A stretch of 64,000 nt of DNA, from positions 710,908 through 774,907 of the forward strand of contig JAYPPO010000002.1 in NCBI GenBank assembly GCA_038131485.1. The letters run 5' to 3'. Below the pieces are notes generated by a model. The model was given only the letters and a program-made list of their open reading frames with translations, was not told the origin of the DNA and searched no databases. Below, piece after piece: positions 47,680-58,278 of this stretch. The stretch comes from Alphaproteobacteria bacterium. Its GTDB lineage: Bacteria > Pseudomonadota > Alphaproteobacteria > MPNO01 > UBA830. Position 1 is the first letter of the stretch; each line of letters opens with the position of its first letter. The translations under genes and the position numbers were made by a program.

Positions 47680-48938
47680 CTATATTCTCCTTGCCGTCCA
47701 GCGCGGGAGTATCTCGGCTATTCCGCCGGTAATCGCGGCCAACTCCCCCTCCGAAATCGTCAGCGGCGGCATCGTAGATCACGTTGCCGAACGGGCGCAG
47801 CCAGATGCCGGCCCCTCGACGAACTGCGCTTTGAGCCAGCCGAGATCGGAGCTCCCGCGACCTCGACCGCGCCGATCGCGCCCTTTACGCGCACGTCGAC
47901 GACGCCGGGCAGGCCGGCGAGCGGCGCGAGATCGCGCGTGAGCGTCTCTTCGATGGCAGCCGACTGCGCGAGGCGGGGCTCGGTTTCGAACAGGTCGAGC
48001 GAGGCGTTTGCAGCGGCGCAGGCCAGCGGCCTCGCCATGTGGTGGGCCCGTGCATCAGCGCCGCCTCGGGTCGGTCGGACAGGAACGCGTCGAAGACGTC
48101 GGCGGTCGCCACCGTTGCTGCAAGATTGATCGCGCCGCCGGTCAGCGCCTTGCCGAGGCAGATGATGTCGGGCACCACGTCCGCCTGCTGGATGGCGAAC
48201 AGGTTTCCGGCGCGTCCAAAATTGACCGCGATCTCGTCGCAGATCAGCAGCGTGCCAGCGTCGCGCGCCGCATCCGCAATGGTTCGCAGGACATCGGCAT
48301 CGTGCATCTTCATGCCGCCCGCGCACTGGACCAGCGGCTCGACGATCACGCGGGCGATGGCGCTGCCGTGGGCGTCGAGCGATCGCGCAGCGCCTGTTCG
48401 GATGCGCGTCGCGCGGAAGGTCGCAGACCGTCTGCTGGGGCAGGTAGCCGCGGAAGATCGCGTGCATGCCCTCCTCGGGGTCGGTCACCGACATGGCCGC
48501 GAGCGTGTCGCCGTGATAGCCACCGCGGAACGACAGGAACCGGGTGCGCCCGCCCTCGCCGCGGTTGAGCCAGACCTGCACCGCCATCTTCATCGCGACC
48601 TCGACGGCGACCGAGCCCGAATCCGCGAAGAAGACGCGCTCCAGGGAGCCCGGCAGCAGGGCGGCGAGGCGCTCCGCAAGCCGTTCCGCCGGCTCGTGGA
48701 CGAGGCCGCCGAACATCACGTGCGGCATGGTGCGCAGCTGGCGCTCCATGGCGTCTACGATGTGCGGGTGGTTGTAGCCGTGGCACGCCGTCCACCAGGA
48801 CGAGACGGAATCGATCAGCTCGCGCCCGTCGTCGAGCACGATGCGGCAGCCCTCCGTCCGAGCCGCGCGCAGCGGCGTCGGCGCATCGAGCATCTGCGTA
48901 TAGGGAAGCCAGAGGTGGTCGGTGGGGACGCGGGACAC
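47680..48938 (-). pseudogene. bioA: adenosylmethionine-8-amino-7-oxononanoate aminotransferase, multiple frameshifts
   Basis: Conserved BioA blocks are spread over 3 frames: [21 protein letters not shown].. (ORF 47760..48980), IVEPLVQCAGGMKMHD...ICDEIAVNFGRAG (ORF 47885..48349), GIWLRPFGNVIY and MPPLTISEGELAAITGGIAEIL in further frames. There are at least 5 frame changes. Confidence 0.75.
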
Positions 48939-48942
48939 GGCC

Positions 48943-49957
48943 CTATTCGGCGGCCGGGTCTGCGCCGTCTCCGCTGGCATCGGGCGGACGCCCAGCCGGT
49001 CGAACAGGGTCGCGGTCCTCGGTCGCGGCGGGATTGCCCGTGGTCAGCAGCGTGTCGCCGTAGAAGATCGAGTTGGCGCCGGCGAGGAAGCAGAGCGCCT
49101 GCGTCGCCGCGTCCATGCCCAGGCGGCCGGCTGACAGCCGCACCATCGAGCGCGGCATGATGATCCGTGCCACCGCGATGGCGCGGACGAGCTCCAGCGG
49201 GTCGAGCGGCGGCAGGGCTTCGAGCGGCGTGCCCGGGACCGGGACGAGGAGGTTGAGCGGCACGCTCTCCGGATGCGCCGGCAGCGTCGCCAGCGCCTGG
49301 AGCATGTCGGCGCGGTCGGCGCGCGTCTCGCCCATGCCGAGGATGCCGCCGCAGCACACGTTGATGCCGGCGCCCCGCACTTTGCCCAGCGTCTCCAGCC
49401 GGTCGGCGAAGGTCCGCGTCGAGACGATCTCGCCAGAATCCTTCCGACGTGTCGACATTGTGGTTGTAATAGTCGAGCCCGGCATCGCTCAGCCGTTCCG
49501 CCTGGCCGTCCTCCAGCAACCCGAGCGTGACGCAGGTCTCGAGACCGAGCGCCTTCACCTCGCGGATCATGTCGCACACCGCGTCCATGTCGCGGTCCTT
49601 CGGGCTCGCGCCATGCCGCGCCCATGCAGAACCGCGTCGCGCCGGAATCCTTCGCCCGGAGGCCGCGGCCTTCACCGCGTCGAGCGACATCAGCTTTTCG
49701 GCGCCGACGTCCGCCTCGTTGTGCGCGCTCTGCGAGCAGTAGGCGCAGTCCTCGGGGCAACCGCCGGTCTTGATGCTGAGGAGCGTCGAGACCTGCACCT
49801 CGTTCGCGTCGAAATGGATGCGGTGCACGGTCTGCGCCGCGAAGACGAGATCGTTGAGGGGGGCGTCCATCAGGGCGCGGACCTCGTCCGGCGTCCAGTC
49901 ATGGCGCAGCGCGCCCGCCTCGAAAGCGGGGAGGTCGCCGATAGTGAGAATCGTCAT
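48943..49957 (-). pseudogene. bioB: biotin synthase, multiple frameshifts
   Basis: The radical-SAM motif [13 protein letters not shown] is in ORF 48815..49957. [18 protein letters not shown] is in ORF 49044..49760. [12 protein letters not shown]...[11 protein letters not shown]...RLSAGR...[15 protein letters not shown] is in ORF 48943..49485. Confidence 0.75.
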
Positions 49958-50004
49958 GTGCGCTATAGTACGGCCGCACTTGGACGCGACAAGCAGGATT
50001 CGGC

Positions 50005-51136
50005 ATGTCCAGCGAATCGCTCGACGGCTTCGCGAAAGCGAAGCTCGACGGGCTCACGGCCCGCGGCCTCCGCCGCCGGCTCATCGACACGCACCGGACG
50101 GACGCGGTGACGCTGCGGCGCGGCGGGCGCGACCTCGTGTCGTTCTGCTGCAACGACTATCTCGGTCTCACGCACCATCCGGCGCGCAAGCGCGCGGCGA
50201 TTGAGGCCGTGGAGGCCTATGGCGCGGGCGCCGGCGCCTCGCGGCTGATCACCGGCAACCACCCGCTCTATCGCCGAGCTCGAAGCCCCGCCTCGCCGCG
50301 CTTCTGGGGGACGGAAGCCGCCTGCGTCTTCGCAGCAGCGCTACATGGCGAATACCGGCATCGTTCCCGGCGCTCGCCGGACCGGGCGATCTTGTCGTCC
50401 TCGACGAGCTGTCCCACGCTTCGATGCATATGGGCGCGCGCGCGAGCTGGGCGGAGATCCGTACCTTGTTTTCCCACAACGAGACGTCGCCGACTGCCGT
50501 GCCGTCCTCGCAGACAGGCGCGTTCCGCGCCACCTGCCTCGTCGTCACCGAGGGCGTCTTTTCGATGGACGGCGACCGCGCGCCGCTCGATGCGCTCGCG
50601 AAGGTCGCGGCGGCGCACGACGCCTGGCTCATGGTCGACGACGCGCACGGCTTCGGCGTTCTCGGCGGCGGGCGCGGCACAGCGTTCGAATGGGATCCCG
50701 TGCCCGCCATCCCGCCAGATGGGCACGCTGTCAAGGCGGCCGGCGGCTAGCGCGTTCCTGTGCGCGAGCGCGCCGGTGATCGAGTTCGTGAAGACAACCG
50801 CGCGCGCAGCCTCGTCTTCACCACGGGCCTCCCGCCGGCCAGCGTCACCGGCGCCGGCACGTCGCGCTTCGACGTCATCGATGAAGGACGAGCCCGGCCG
50901 CGTCGCGCGCCCGCTGACGCATGCGCCCGCGATTTTGCGCGTCTCGGCTTCCCGCGCCGGAAAGCCCGTCGTGCCGCTGATCGTCGGGCCGGAGGATGCG
51001 GCGCTCGCGGCCTCGGCGGCGCTGGAAGAGGCGCGGCTTCCTGGTCGCCGCCATCCGCCGCCGACGGTGCCCTGGCACGTCCCGGCTGCGCTTCACCTTC
51101 ACCGCCGAGCACGACGCGGCCCACGTCGCAGCCTGA
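50005..51136 (+). pseudogene. bioF: 8-amino-7-oxononanoate synthase, multiple frameshifts
   Basis: The N-terminus (VSFCCNDYLGLTHHP...GAGASRLITGNHPLY) is in ORF 50005..51408. Later conserved blocks (ANTGIVP, VTEGVFSMDGDRAPL, LMVDDAHGFGVLG, PLIVGPED) appear in ORFs 50345.., 50424.. and others. Confidence 0.7.
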
Positions 51137-51193
51137 AACGCCGTCGACGCCGTCCGGACGACGGGATCGTTCGCGACGGCGCGCGGGCGCGGC

Positions 51194-51831
51194 ATGACGG
51201 CGATCTTCGTGACCGGCTCCGGCACCGGCGTCGGCAAGACCTTCGTCGCCGAGGTGCTGATCCATCGCCAGTAGGGCTGAGGGGCGCGAGGTTGCAGGCG
51301 ATCAACCCCGTCGTTTCCGGTTTCGATCCGAGAACGGGTGTGGGAAGCGACACCGGCCGCCTGATGCCGCGCTCCGGCCGAGCTCACGGCGCAGAACATC
51401 GCGTCTGATGTCGCCCTGCCGCTACATCGCGCCTGTCGCCGGACATGGCGGCGCCGCGCGAGGGCAAGACCCCGGTGGACGAGGTCGTCGCCTTTGCCGC
51501 GCCGTGATCGATGCCGCCGAGGCGACCGGCGGCACGCTGCTGATCGAGGGCATCGGCGGCGTCATGGTGCCGCTCGACGGGACGCGGATGGTGGTCGACC
51601 TGATCGCCGATCTCGGCATTCCCGCGGTGCTCGTCTCGGCAGCTATCTCGGCGCGCTCAGCACACGCTCACCGCCCACGCCGTTCTTCGGGCCCGCGGCA
51701 TCCGGTCGAGGGATCATCGTCAGCGAGACCGGGGAGCGAGGTGCCGGTTTACGAGACCCGGGAGGTGCGTCGAGCGCTTCGCCGCGCCGACGCCGGTCCA
51801 CGTCTTCCCGTTCGTCGAGCACCGCGCCTGA
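51194..51831 (+). pseudogene. bioD: dethiobiotin synthase, multiple frameshifts
   Basis: MTAIFVTGSGTGVGKTFVAEVL (P-loop) from ATG 51194. LLIEGIGGVMVPL and GIPAVLV are in ORF 51408..51845. The tail ERFAAPTPVHVFPFVEHRA ends at TGA 51829-51831 in a third frame. Confidence 0.65.
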
Positions 51832-51849
51832 GAATTCGCGAGTAGACGT

Positions 51850-52598
51850 TCAGAGCCGCCCGAGCGACTTCCACACCAGCGTCGCCGACAGCACCAGCAG
51901 GAAGACCATAAGCGCCTTGCGGAACAGCGCCTCCGAGACGCGGCCGCGGAGCGCTGCCGCCGAGCGCCATGCCGATGAAAGTCGGGACCAGCGCCGCCGC
52001 CGGACCACAGCGCCGACGTTCCAAGGTCAGCGCCCCCTTCCAGAACGAGGCTGCCGGCCCAGAACAGGCCGGCGACGAGGAAGCAGAGCCCGACCGCCTG
52101 GATATAGGCGGCGCGCGGCAGCCGCAGGGCGGCGTACCAGGCGGCGAGCAGCAGAGTGGAGCGAGCCGGTCGCGCCGGTCAGGATGCGGAGACGAGCGCG
52201 ACCGGGGCGTCCCCAGCGCTCGACGGGGCGGGCGCGACGGGATCGAAGCGGGCGAGCGTGGTTGCGGCATAGAGCGCGACGAGGATGCCGAGCGTCGCCG
52301 ACATCAGGCCCGCTCGATGGCGAACAGGATCGCGGTGCCGATCACGATGCCGATCCCGCCCGCGAGGTTCGAGAGCGCGAAGCGGCGGAAGAGGGCCGGC
52401 GCCTCTGTTCCGCGCGAGGCCTGCCACAGGTTGGGAGACGACGCGGGGCGATCAGCAGCGGCACGGCGGCGCGCAGTTCGAGACCGAGGCCGAGGATCGC
52501 GACCGCCGTCGTCATCTGGCCGATGCCGACCGCGCCCTTGACGATACCGGCGACGAGGAAGGCGATGCCGCCGCGATGGCGATCTCGGTGCCCGTCAT
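51850..52598 (-). pseudogene. TauE/SafE (DUF81) family membrane transporter, frameshifted
   Basis: The minus strand from ATG 52598 gives MTGTEIAIA.. and then needs frame changes to read GIAFLVAGIVKGAVGIGQMTTAVAILGLGLE... and the tail LFRKALMVFLLVLSATLVWKSLGRL*. The 749-nt span is not a multiple of 3. Confidence 0.55.
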
Positions 52599-52616
52599 GA
52601 TCCGGTCACGTCCCGG

Positions 52617-53467
52617 TCATGGCGCGCGGGCGGTGACGATCCACGCGGCCGCGGCGAGGCGGACGATGCCGTCGGGGTCGGTGTTCCGCTTCAGCACGTC
52701 GGCGATCGCGGCGACCGCCTTCTCGCGCTTCTCGCCCTTCACCGCGGCGAGCGGCTGCGACAGCGGCCCCATCTCCATGGCAAACGACAAGGCCTCGTCG
52801 AAGGTCCGGCCCATCGGGATGCGGAAGTCGAAGGGAGCGACGTCGATGTCGCGGAGGCCGGCTTCGCCCAGCACCCGGCGCACGCGGTCGGGATCGGCGA
52901 AGGCGAAGGGGCCGGGGTCCTCCGGGCCGGGCCGCGGCGGCATCTCGAGGAACTCGCGCGCCGCCGAGACCGGCTCCATCGCCCACAGGTTCTCGCGCGG
53001 CTGGCGCCACACGCCGAGGAGACGCCGTCCCTGCGCCATGGCTGGGCGGAAGCGCGTAAAGGCGGCGGCGGGGTCGGCGAAGAACATGCAGCCGAGGCGC
53101 GAGACCATCGACGTCGAACGCCCCTTCGTCGAACGGGTGCGCCGCCGCGTCGCCGAGGACGACGGTGACGTTCGAGAGGTGGGCGGCGGCGGTGCGCTCG
53201 CGCGCGTCACGTCGATCATGGTGCGGAGACGTCGATCGCGGTGACGGAGCCGACGGCGGTGACGCGGCGCGCGATCTCCATCGTCGTGCCGCCGCCGCCG
53301 CAGCCGAGGTCGAGCACGCGGTCGCCGGTGCCGATGTTCGCCGCATCGAGGATCGCGCGCGTGAACTCGGCGAACATGAAGTCGACGATCTCGGTGTAGC
53401 GCGCCCAGGCTTCGCCGTGCTCGCCGTTCCAGAATTCGGCCTGGTTGCCGATGCCTTTTTCGCTCAT
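52617..53467 (-). pseudogene. class I SAM-dependent methyltransferase, two or more frameshifts
   Basis: ORF 53216..53467 holds the N-terminus with the SAM motif RVLDLGCGGGGTT. The middle (ARERTAAAHLSNVTVVLGDAAAHPFDEGAFD) is in ORF 52606..53346. The C-terminal ~170 aa are in ORF 52617..53534. Confidence 0.7.
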
Positions 53468-53540
53468 TCCCCGCCCGTTCTCGTGTGTCCCCGTGTTTCG
53501 TGCGAAAGTGTAGCGAATGGGCGGGCGTTTTCATCGCGCA

Positions 53541-53566
53541 ACAAAAAGGCCGCGAAACGCGGCCTT
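53541..53566 (-). terminator. Rho-independent terminator after rpsU
   Basis: AAGGCCGCG-ttt-CGCGGCCTT hairpin followed by TTTTTGT on the minus strand. Confidence 0.75.
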
Positions 53567-53590
53567 CTTCTCAGCGCAGGGAACGAAGGC

Positions 53591-53795
53591 TCAGAAGCCT
53601 TCGCGCTCCATCCGCTTCCGCTCCAGCTTGCGCGCACGGCGGATCGCCTCGGCCTTTTTCGCGGGCCCGGCGCTCGGACGGCTTCTCGTAGGAGCGGCGC
53701 ATCTTCATCTCGCGGAAAATGCCTTCGCGCTGCATCTTCTTCTTGAGGGCGCGCAGCGCCTGATCGACGTCGTTGTCACGTACGGATACTTCCAC
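53591..53795 (-). pseudogene. rpsU: 30S ribosomal protein S21, single frameshift (probably a consensus error)
   Basis: From GTG 53795: [47 protein letters not shown]. The conserved tail [20 protein letters not shown] is in the +1 frame, ending at TGA 53591-53593. The span is 205 nt. The extra base sits at the A/T run 53655-53659. Confidence 0.8.
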
Positions 53796-54094
53796 GGTCC
53801 GGTCGTCCCCTTTCAAGAGCGATCTATATGGCCCCGGCGCGCCCCGTTCGGGAAGGCTCGCACGCGGGCCGGAAAATAACGAAAACCGGCCTTCCGACCG
53901 GTTCAGCGCGCGCCTTATAGCATAGTCCGGGGTTGATTTTAAAGACCTTAACGCCATTGTCTGGTAAATCATTGGAATCGCCGGTTTCCCGGGGGCGAAA
54001 ATCGCCCGGAAGGCCGTAGGCGGGCCGGAAAGGCCCGGGAATCGGCCGTATAGACGAGACGCACGATGCACGGACAGGACTTACGGACAGCACT

Positions 54095-54675
54095 ATGACC
54101 CTCCTCAAGATCGCCCGCATGGGAAGCCGGTCCTGCTGAACCGGGCCGAGGCCATCGCCGACCCGACCTCGCGCGAGGTCCGCGCGCTGGTCGAGAACAT
54201 GGTCGAGACCATGGAGGACGCGAACGGGGTCGGCCTCGCCGCGCCCCAGGTCTACCAGGGCCGCCGGGTCATCATCTTCAAGTCGCCACGGGAGCGCGGC
54301 GAGGAGCCGTCCGAGGAGACGGATTTCTCGCCCCTGACCGCACTGATCAATCCCGAGTACGAGGCGCTGTCCGACGACATGGCGCTCGGCTGGGAGGGCT
54401 GCCTCTCGATCCCCGGCATCACGGGCGCGGTGCCGCGCTTCACCCGAATCGTCTATCGCGGCTACCTGTCGAGCGGCCAGCCGGTCGAGAAGGTCGCGAC
54501 CAACTTCCACGCCCGCGTGGTGCAGCACGAGATCGACCATCTCGACGGCATCCTGTTCCCGATGCGCATGACGGATCTGTCGCTGCTCTCGTTCAACGAC
54601 GAGAATCAAGAATTTCATGGATTACGCCACCGCACGGCTGCGGACGAGGGCGATGCCGCCGATCCAGCGGAATGA
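54095..54675 (+). pseudogene. def: peptide deformylase, single 5'-proximal frameshift (probably a consensus error)
   Basis: ATG 54095 gives MTLLKIARMG and then stops. A shift of one base restores ..PVLLNRAEAIADPTSREVRALVENMVETMEDANGVGLAAPQV...EGCLSIPG...QHEIDHL (ORF 54199..54675). The span is 581 nt. A base is missing near 54121-54125. Confidence 0.8.
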
Positions 54676-55341
54676 GCCCGCGCGACGACGACATCCTGAC
54701 CGCCGACCGCGACCGCCTGCTCGGCGCCGCACTCGCCGCATGTGCCGTTCGACGGCTGGACCGGGCGGCGCTCGGGCCGGCGCGCGCGACGCGGGCTTTG
54801 CGCCCGAGGACGCGGCCGACATCTTCCCGGGCGGCATCGCGGATGCCATCTCGTGGTTCTCGCGCTGGGCCGACCGGCGCATGCTCGCCGCGCTCGAAGT
54901 GCACGATCTCTCGAACATGCCGGTGCGCGAGCGCATCGCGCCGTCGGTCGAGGCGCGGCTCACGAGCTGATGCCGCATCGCGAGGCGGTGCGCCGCGGGC
55001 TCTCGTTCCTCGCGCTGCCGGTCAACGCGCCGCTCGGCGCGAAGCTTCTGTATCGCACCGTCGACGATATCTGGTACGCGGCGGGCGACCGGGCGGCGGA
55101 TTTCTCGTTCTATACCAAGCGCGGCCTGCTCGCGGGCGTCGTCGCCTCGACGACGCTCTACTGGCTCGACGACCGGGAGCGAGGATTTCGTCGCGACGCA
55201 CCAATTTCTGGAACGCCGCATCGCCGACGTGATGCGGCGCACGGCGCGCGCCGCCGCGTCGAAGGCGCGGGCGGCCGGCTGAACCCGTTCCGCATCGTGC
55301 GCGACGTCGTGGAGAAGCGTTACGGGTCCGGTCGTATTTAA
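54672..55341 (+). pseudogene. COQ9-like (rpsU-divergently-transcribed family) protein, multiple frameshifts
   Basis: Conserved pieces sit in 3 frames: MSPRDDDILTADRDRLLGAAL (54672 frame), AGFAPEDAADIFPGGIADAISWFSRWADRRMLAAL (54617 frame), and LMPHREAVRRGLSFLALPVNAPLGAKLLYRTVDDIWYAAGD (54742 frame). Confidence 0.6.
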
Positions 55342-55429
55342 GTTTATTTCGCCCAGCCCGTTCCGCGCCACCCAACGCCAGTATCCTCATGGGTGGCCGG
55401 GAGGGCGAGCGGGCGGGAACCGGCTGAAT

Positions 55430-56510
55430 CTACTTGATCGGCGTGAGCCGGTTGACGTGGCCCATCTTGCGGCCGGGCCGGCTCTCGGCCTTGCCGTAGA
55501 GATGGAGGCACGCGCCCGGCTCGGCCAATGAGCGCGCGGCCAGGCGCATCGGCCTCGTCGCCGATCAGGTTGGTCATCACCGCATCCGAATGGCGCGCCG
55601 GGTCGCCGAGCGGCAGGCCTGCGACGGCGCGGACGAACTGCTCGAACTGGCTGACGGCGCAGGCGTCCATCGTCCAGTGGCCGGAATTGTGGGGCCGGGG
55701 CGCGATCTCGTTGACGAGCACGCCGCCGTCGCGTGTGACGAACATCTCGACCGCCAGCAGCCCCACGAGATCGAGCGTCGTCGCCACGCGCCCGGCGATG
55801 TCGCGCGCCATGTCCGCAATTTCTGGCGCCACCGTGGAGGGCGCGGTCGTCGTATGGAGGATGTGGTCGCGGTGAACGTTGTCGACCGGCACGTAGGCGG
55901 CGGTCTCGCCGGACAGGCCGCGCGCGACGATGACGGAAATCTCGCGCTCGAAATCGACGAAGCCTTCCAGCACGGCGCGCTGTTCGCCGATGGCCGCCCA
56001 GGCCGTCAAGAGACCGTCCGCGCCGTCGACGCGCGCCTGACCCTTGCCGTCGTAGCCGAACCGCGCGGTCTTGAGAATGGCGGGCAGGCCCGTCTTCGCC
56101 GCTGCGGCTTCGAGGTCGCGGGCGGCGTTCACTTCCGCCCACGGCGCCGTGCCGATGCCGTTGTCGTTCATGAACGCCTTTTCGATGGCGCGGTCCTGCG
56201 AGACGTGCAGGCTGTCGACGCCCGGCCGCACCGGCACGTGCGCCGATATGGCGGCGAGCGTCGCGTCGGGCACGTTCTCGAATTCGAAGGTGACGACATC
56301 GACGGCGCGGGCGAACGCCTCGGCCGCCGCGGTGTCTTCGTAGGGCGCGGTCGTCTCGAAGGCGGACACCTCCTTCGCCGGTGCGTCGGCGTCGGGGCTG
56401 AAGATGTGGCAGCGGTAGCCGAGCCGGGCCGCCGACAGGGCCGCCATGCGGCCGAGCTGGCCGCCGCCCAGAATGCCGATTACCGATCCGGGGGGAAGCG
56501 CGTCCGCCAT
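55430..56510 (-). pseudogene. purK: 5-(carboxyamino)imidazole ribonucleotide synthase, 3'-proximal frameshift
   Basis: ORF 55344..56510 is PurK (IGILGGGQLGRM...ATP-grasp...EIAPRPHNSGHWT) up to ..LIGDEADA. The conserved tail EPGACLHLYGKAESRPGRKMGHVNRLTPIK* is in another frame, ending at TAG 55430-55432. The extra base lies near 55520-55530. Confidence 0.8.
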
Positions 56511-56515
56511 CTGGC

Positions 56516-57028
56516 TCAGCGGCCTGTCGGTTTTTCCGGGACGTCGGCGGTCTGTTTCGCCCGCCAGGCGGCGAGCTTCTTGGCCACCGCCGGATCGCCG
56601 AGCGCGATGATCGAGGCTGCGAGGATGCCGGCGTTCTTGGCGCCCGCTTCGCCGATGGCCAGCGTGCCGACGGGAACGCCGCCCGGCATCTGGGCGATCG
56701 ACAGCAGGCTGTCGAGGCCCTTGAGCGCACGGCTCTCGACCGGCACGCCGAGGACGGGAAGCGTCGTCATGGAGGCGACCATGCCCGGCAGGTGGGCCGC
56801 GCCGCCCGCGCCGGCAACGATGACCTGAAGGCCGCGGTCGGCGGCGGATTTGGCGTATTCGACGAGGCGGTCGGGCGTCCGGTGGGCGGAAACCACCCGG
56901 GTTTTGTGCGCGACGCCCATGATCTTCAGCATGTCGGCGGCGTGTTTCATCGTGGGCCAGTCGGACCGGCTGCCCATGATAATGCCGACGACCGGCGCCT
57001 TTTTCACTGTCCTGGCTCGCGTCGCCAT
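56516..57028 (-). CDS. purE: 5-(carboxyamino)imidazole ribonucleotide mutase
   Basis: Trimmed to ATG 57028 ([24 protein letters not shown]...SAHRTPD...[10 protein letters not shown]...). Intact. Confidence 0.9.
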   Translation of the reverse strand: MATRARTVKKAPVVGIIMGSRSDWPTMKHAADMLKIMGVAHKTRVVSAHRTPDRLVEYAKSAADRGLQVIVAGAGGAAHLPGMVASMTTLPVLGVPVESRALKGLDSLLSIAQMPGGVPVGTLAIGEAGAKNAGILAASIIALGDPAVAKKLAAWRAKQTADVPEKPTGR

Positions 57029-57116
57029 TTTTTCCCCGTTACTCCCGGAATATTCCGTTCGACCCTTCAGAAACGACCGTGCCGCCAAACCCGGCAGGGA
57101 TCGGCGGCCGGGCCGC

Positions 57117-57145
57117 ATTATAAGCGCTTCCCCGGACGGCGCAAA
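57117..57145 (-). promoter_or_regulatory. candidate sigma70-type promoter of purE-purK
   Basis: The minus strand reads TTTGCG, a 17-nt spacer, then a perfect TATAAT (57122-57117). This leaves a leader of roughly 80 nt before the purE ATG. Confidence 0.4.
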
Positions 57146-57218
57146 CCGCAGAAATCCGGGATTCTCAACTATTTGTTAACCGAAGCGGTGTTAACGATTG
57201 GGCGAAACGCAGCGACGG

Positions 57219-57947
57219 ATGCGACATATGCGCATAGACAATACGCAGCGGCCCGCCCCGGTTTCAGGTGTCCGCTCGTACCAGAAAGCGAGCAAGGCCA
57301 GTGCCGGCAGCAGTCGTCCGGAGGACGCTGCTTCCTTTCTCGGCATCCCGGCGAACGAACTGACGCCGAAGGTCCAGGAAGCCATCATGAAACTGATGGA
57401 GGAAGTGGACCGGATGCGTCAGGAGCTGGAGGACAGCCGCTCGCGGATCGAGTATCTCGAACAGCTTGCCGACCAGGATTCGCTGACCCCGGTCGCGAAC
57501 CGGCGCGCCTTCGTCCGAGAACTGTCGCGCAACCTGTCGCTCGCCGAACGCTACGGCACCGCATCCAGCGTCATCTATTTCGACGTCAACGGGCTCAAGC
57601 AGATCAACGACACCAAGGGACATGCCACGGGCGACGCGGTCATCCTGAAGGTCGCGCAAATCCTCGCGGCGAACGTCCGCGAATCCGACATCGTCGGCCG
57701 TCTCGGCGGCGACGAATTCGGCGTCATGCTGTCCAATGCGGACGAGAATGCCGCCAAGGCGAAGGGGGAGCAGCTCGTCGAGGCGATCGCCGGCGATCCT
57801 CGGGACTGGGAAGGCGAGAAAATCCCGCTGAAAGTCGCCTTCGGCGTTCATACCATCCGCGGCGGCGCGGATGCCGGTGCGGCGCTCGAAGCGGCCGACC
57901 GGGCGATGTACGAAAACAAGACTGCGAAAAAGCGGGAAAACGTCTGA
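57219..57947 (+). CDS. GGDEF-domain diguanylate cyclase with coiled-coil N-terminal region
   Basis: The GGDEF active site reads RLGGDEFGV. The start codon is uncertain (ATG 57219 or 57228; the track ORF begins at 57198). Confidence 0.8.
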   Translation: MRHMRIDNTQRPAPVSGVRSYQKASKASAGSSRPEDAASFLGIPANELTPKVQEAIMKLMEEVDRMRQELEDSRSRIEYLEQLADQDSLTPVANRRAFVRELSRNLSLAERYGTASSVIYFDVNGLKQINDTKGHATGDAVILKVAQILAANVRESDIVGRLGGDEFGVMLSNADENAAKAKGEQLVEAIAGDPRDWEGEKIPLKVAFGVHTIRGGADAGAALEAADRAMYENKTAKKRENV

Positions 57948-57977
57948 CGGCGCTCTCCGCCGCCGTCGGGGCAGCGA

Positions 57978-58190
57978 TCACGCAATGATGTCGGGATAGA
58001 GTTTTCCCTCTATCCGCGAGATCTGATCCTTCAGAACGAGCTTCCTCTTCTTGAGACGTTGCAGCTGGAGCTGGTCATAGGGCGCCCGCTCGGTAAGGCG
58101 CGCAATGACGTCGTCGAGATCCCGGTGTTCGAGTTCCAGTTCGGTCAGCTTCTGCCGCAGGGCTTCTTCTTCGCCCATATTCCCTGCCAT
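57978..58190 (-). CDS. DUF465 (YdcH-like) small protein
   Basis: 70 aa. LRQKLTELELEHRDLDDVIARL...LQLQRLKKRKLVLKDQISRIE. Confidence 0.75.
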   Translation of the reverse strand: MAGNMGEEEALRQKLTELELEHRDLDDVIARLTERAPYDQLQLQRLKKRKLVLKDQISRIEGKLYPDIIA

Positions 58191-58278
58191 TCCGATGCAG
58201 CTTCGGCCGGATGATAGCAGAATCCCTCAGGCACTGTTACTGTGAAGCGGGCGGAATTCTCCAACCAGGCGGAGACAC

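Noticed and set aside
57175-57196. Two GTTAAC sites (GTTAAC-cgaagcggt-GTTAAC) upstream of the GGDEF gene, considered as a CtrA box
   Set aside because: The TTAA half-sites are 15 nt apart (start to start) rather than the 11 nt required for TTAA-N7-TTAAC. At most these are isolated half-sites.
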